A DNA stretch of 63,997 bases, the filler included, from Octopus bimaculoides (taxonomy: Eukaryota): assembly GCF_001194135.2 (NCBI RefSeq). It is 6 parts of 6 records of this genome, joined end to end, with 100 filler letters (N's around TTAATTAATTAA, not from the genome) between each part and the next. Parts side by side here need not be neighbours in the genome. Positions count along the whole stretch, not along the records: positions 62,820 to 63,997 come from NW_026340542.1; 5 more parts are not named here. One strand, written 5' to 3'. Below the pieces are notes generated by a model that was given only the letters and a program-made list of their open reading frames with translations, was not told the origin of the DNA and searched no databases. The position numbers and the translations under genes were made by a program. Positions 63,225 to 63,997 of the stretch are shown piece after piece (position 1 is the first letter of the stretch; each line of letters starts with the position of its first letter).

Positions 63225-63386
63225 TTTCCATTTTTTAGTCCCTTTCAATACTGCATTTGTTCCAGTCCAATTGTAGGGGTCTATATGCAGTGGAGACCTG
63301 GAGTGGGCCCCACCCCAAAGTAGCATGGAATTCCATGGTCGAATTTCCTCAGGAAACAGAGAAAAGAAGTCTTCGGTCAGCAGTGG
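63225..63386 (-). CDS. Internal exon (162 bp, phase 0-0) of a JmjC-domain (cupin, JMJD6/PSR-like) 2-oxoglutarate/Fe(II) oxygenase
   Basis: Acceptor ...taattttcAG|, donor AAA|gtaagt; encodes PLLTEDFFSLFPEEIRPWNSMLLWGGAHSRSPLHIDPYNWTGTNAVLKGTKKWK with the HxD iron-binding motif and the GxKxW strand. Confidence 0.85.
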
Positions 63387-63844
63387 CTGAAAATTACAAA
63401 AAAGATTTTTGCATTATTTCAGAGAAAAGAAAGAAGAAAATGTCAAGTGGATTAACAAGCAGTTTGAACTGCTAGAATGGGGTTTCCTCAAATGAACAAC
63501 CAAACAAGAAGTATAAACTTGCTTCAGAAAGTGTACAGGAACTCAAGTTGTTCGATCAGGACATATCTTTCATAACAAACCAAGCACTATGTCTATTTTT
63601 TACAATCAAATTGTATTTCTTTTATCCAAGAATCTTAGCAAGCAGAACGGTTGGCTGTAACAATTTCCATTTAACCAGAACCTGAGGAAGAGGAAGGAGA
63701 CTAGAAGAGGAGAAAATGAGGGAAGATTATGGGGAGAATTGAAGTACAACTATGACGATGACCAAAACAGTAGCATTGATGATGACAAAAGTAGAAAAGA
63801 GAAAAGAAAGAGGAAAAGGAAATGAGAAGACACAGAACAATAAG

Positions 63845-63997
63845 ATATTTTGATCTCACGTTGATACCAGTTTTTGTCCTTTGAGAAGAACTCCTTTACT
63901 GCAGTTTCCACCTCCTCTTGGTTGATGAAGTATCGCAAGTGCAAGATGTGAGCCATGGATTGGAACAAGTAATAATCCGAAGGAGCTAGATCCAGAC
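63845..63997 (-). mobile_element. Mariner transposase C-terminal fragment (runs off window)
   Basis: DLAPSDYYLFQSMAHILHLRYFINQEEVETAVKEFFSKDKNWYQREIK contains the (YSP)DLAPSDY motif. Confidence 0.8.

Overview
Repeat-dominated animal genomic DNA from a fragmented draft assembly. About 12% is N, and most gaps sit beside (TA)n/(TG)n tracts. The tRNA/CORE-type SINE families point to an octopus (coleoid cephalopod); this is an inference from family resemblance. Five artificial 100-bp linkers (44N-TTAATTAATTAA-44N) show the window is a concatenation of six independent scaffolds: 1-29963, 30064-47723, 47824-53214, 53315-60559, 60660-62719 and 62820-63997. Nothing should be linked across these joins. 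Most of the sequence is SINEs (at least 3-4 families), microsatellites and decayed mobile elements: R4/NeSL-type RT and RLE, CR1, Penelope, Helitron, mariner/Tc1, and hAT- and piggyBac-type MITEs. Three host-gene pieces are supported. (1) A three-exon, in-frame gene fragment at 48720-50762 (+), not recovered as a unit by the ORF track, encoding a plant-type phytocyanin/early-nodulin-like cupredoxin domain without copper ligands, a transmembrane helix and a short tail. (2) An intronless sushi/CCP coding stretch with an unrecognised Cys-rich C-terminus at 60660-61166 (+). (3) One JmjC-domain exon at 63225-63386 (-). Two well-formed Penelope-associated hammerhead ribozymes (23704-23833 + and 48074-48133 -) and several variants were found by eye. 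No true tRNA, rRNA or CRISPR array is supported.
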